Notes under the pieces: generated by a model
The model's database searches: none
The model's input: only the letters and a program-made list of their open reading frames with translations
Told to the model about the DNA's origin: nothing
Part shown: piece by piece, positions 30,801-32,505 of the stretch
How the letters are laid out: the number at the start of each line of letters is the position of its first letter
Numbering within the stretch: the first letter of the stretch is position 1
Program-made: the position numbers and the translations under genes
Assembly (NCBI GenBank): GCA_000708835.1
Contig: DF237741.1
Coordinates: forward strand, 1-32,505
DNA length: 32,505 nucleotides
Source: Klebsormidium nitens
Lineage: Eukaryota; Plantae; Klebsormidiophyceae
Reading direction: 5' to 3'

Positions 30801-31844
30801 AAGAAATGGGAGATCAAATCAGTCCAGCTTAGTTCTCATGAAGAGTCCAGCTGCAGAAATGATTCCCAAAAGAGCAAGTTGACCAGGAATGCACAACGCA
30901 GAGTAAAAGGTGACATAAGATGACATGACAAAACAGCATTGCTCATGTTGTTGAGAAAACCTCACCAGTGCTTCCATCGCGGCCGCATTGCAGAGTAACA
31001 GAGTTACCAATAATAAGTGTTGTCGTTTCACCACCGGAAGAATGATATCTGCAAGAACAGTACAAGATAAGGCTGTTCACTACCAGCATGGAAGCATATT
31101 TGTACAGAAATTCGAGACTGATAACAGCGATGAAACTATATCGGTATGTCCAACTCTTTGTGGATTGCTAGCACAGGCTTCAATTCCAAGGCGGCCCCTG
31201 CAGCAAGATGATACATTGGCACCAAAATCAGAATACATTCTCTTCAGGTTCACATATTTAACGTTCCTTGAATGGAACAAAAATATCTTCCAACTTACCA
31301 GCCTGCTGTTTCTCTTTCTCGGTGCCACTCCTGCGAAGCACCTCTAGATCGACGAGGCCCAGTGACATAAGGCCAAGTGTAAGTCCACTCATCAGTCCGG
31401 CAAAGACGAACAGAAAGATAATAATCCCTGCAAAGCACCGACACATGAATCACTGCTCCAATCTAAGCGTGTTCGTGTTGGACAAAAGAGACGTTTGTGC
31501 GTAATTCAGCATATGCGAATCTCTCAGGAGGAGCAGACAGGACCAGGAAGTTGCCACCGATTAGGACCAGCACAAAGTCCACCTTTTGGGACAATGCAAG
31601 GTGCGCGGATCCTTCTTGGTGGCTGGAAAGCTTGAATCGTGCCGTGTGGATGAGGAAAAGTAGTGAACAAGCCTGTGGTTGCCCTCCAAGCAAGCTTCAA
31701 GTAAATGCAAGACAACTGACATCAATTTTGGAAAGTGAAAGAGGACCTACCAACGTACATCCAGAACTCCGGGTCATGTATCCCCGGGTGTCGCTCGGAG
31801 CTGCAGCTGCAGTTGCAAACCTCTTGCAAAAGGTTTGAGTCCAT
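24860..31844 (-). CDS. DUF21/CNNM-CBS domain metal (Mg2+) transporter, MGR/MAM3-like, ~814 aa, 15 exons
   Basis: Exons 31751-31844, 31299-31427, 30966-31048, 30719-30796, 30378-30491, 30013-30099, 29518-29657, 29063-29150, 28362-28740, 27846-28001, 27017-27315, 26332-26649, 25815-25939, 25393-25465, 24860-25141, all phase-compatible. Motifs [107 protein letters not shown]. Exons 10-12, exon 15 and the start codon are less certain; two GC-AG introns are needed. Confidence 0.92.
28744..28775. repeat. Perfect 16-bp tandem duplication abutting the CNNM exon 9 splice acceptor
   Basis: GAATGCACGTGGGAAG x2. Confidence 0.9.
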
Positions 31845-32505
31845 ATTTGCGCCCGCAAGTCGATCTCGGTGACAAGTGAAGCTGAAGCCTACGAGTAAAC
31901 TAGGACCTTCGTTGTCACTTACACACTCATCCCGGCTTGCATGGATCGGACAGGTCTTTTGCGATTCCAGCACTTTGCAGCAGCGGTGTCCTCCTTAAGA
32001 TGCAGCAAGTTAGACAACGTTTGACCTAGACTGACTGGGCATATGACTAAGCGGCATCTCCCGTCACTAACATACGCACAGCATTACGTGGATGGAAACT
32101 CCTCCCCCATGCGCACCGCATTTTGCCTCCGCATTTCAGCTTTCTACATACAAGGAACAGCAGAAACTTTCATGAGAGGTTCATGAGGTGCCCTACAAGT
32201 CTAGGGCAGTACACCCTGATCCTTGATCGTTGATTCAGCGCCACTGCGAATTGCGATGCACTGGGTCATGCCAAATCACATCCAAATCATGGCAAATGTT
32301 GCCAAGGCCAATCTCCAGAGTCCATTGCGTGCGCCAAGCTACAGCTTGAAGTTGCAGCAGGCGTCACCTGATCGCCAAGTTGCGCGCGGCCGGAGCCGCG
32401 GTACAGCGGCGGCCGTGGTGCGCGACCGTCGCAACACGAGTCATAAACTAGAGGCGGCGGGGGCACCTTCTCTGGTCCACCCTGCGATGCCTTTTAACTT
32501 TGTCT

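Noticed and set aside
2580-31844. Functional gene cluster (ER, mitochondrial and thylakoid membrane proteins)
   Set aside because: Unrelated housekeeping genes in mixed orientation with no shared pathway; ordinary gene-dense eukaryotic neighbourhood.
1-32505. CRISPR arrays, tRNA/rRNA genes, prokaryotic operons or defence systems
   Set aside because: No regularly spaced repeats, cloverleaf or rRNA-like sequence seen; the DNA is spliceosomal-intron-rich eukaryotic sequence. Most remaining 60-170 aa ORFs in the track are intronic or out-of-frame noise.

Overview
Eukaryotic, intron-dense nuclear DNA from a green plant-lineage organism. The land-plant-like proteins, short exons, GTGAG/GTGCG donors and TGCAG acceptors suggest a streptophyte alga such as Klebsormidium (inference). 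Seven spliced protein-coding genes can be reconstructed exon by exon with consistent reading frames: TRAP-alpha/SSR1 (+), TMA7 (-), TIM10 (+), CURT1 (B/C-type, -), CSN1 (-), a 10x CCHC zinc-knuckle CNBP-like protein (+) and a DUF21/CNNM-CBS (MGR-like) Mg transporter (-). The first ~2.3 kb is different: an intronless, decayed two-ORF unit on the minus strand. Its ORFs are joined by a TAATG stop-start overlap and it runs off the left edge; it is probably a dead retroelement or virus-derived insert of unidentified family. Other notable points: 5 of 47 reconstructed introns need GC-AG boundaries; the CNNM protein has a ~340-aa low-complexity insertion inside its second CBS repeat; spacers downstream of gene 3' ends are dense in short purine-pyrimidine-alternating palindromes; GC3 differs sharply between exons of the same gene. 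No rRNA, tRNA or CRISPR array is supported. All gene models are manual and unverified by RNA data or database searches.
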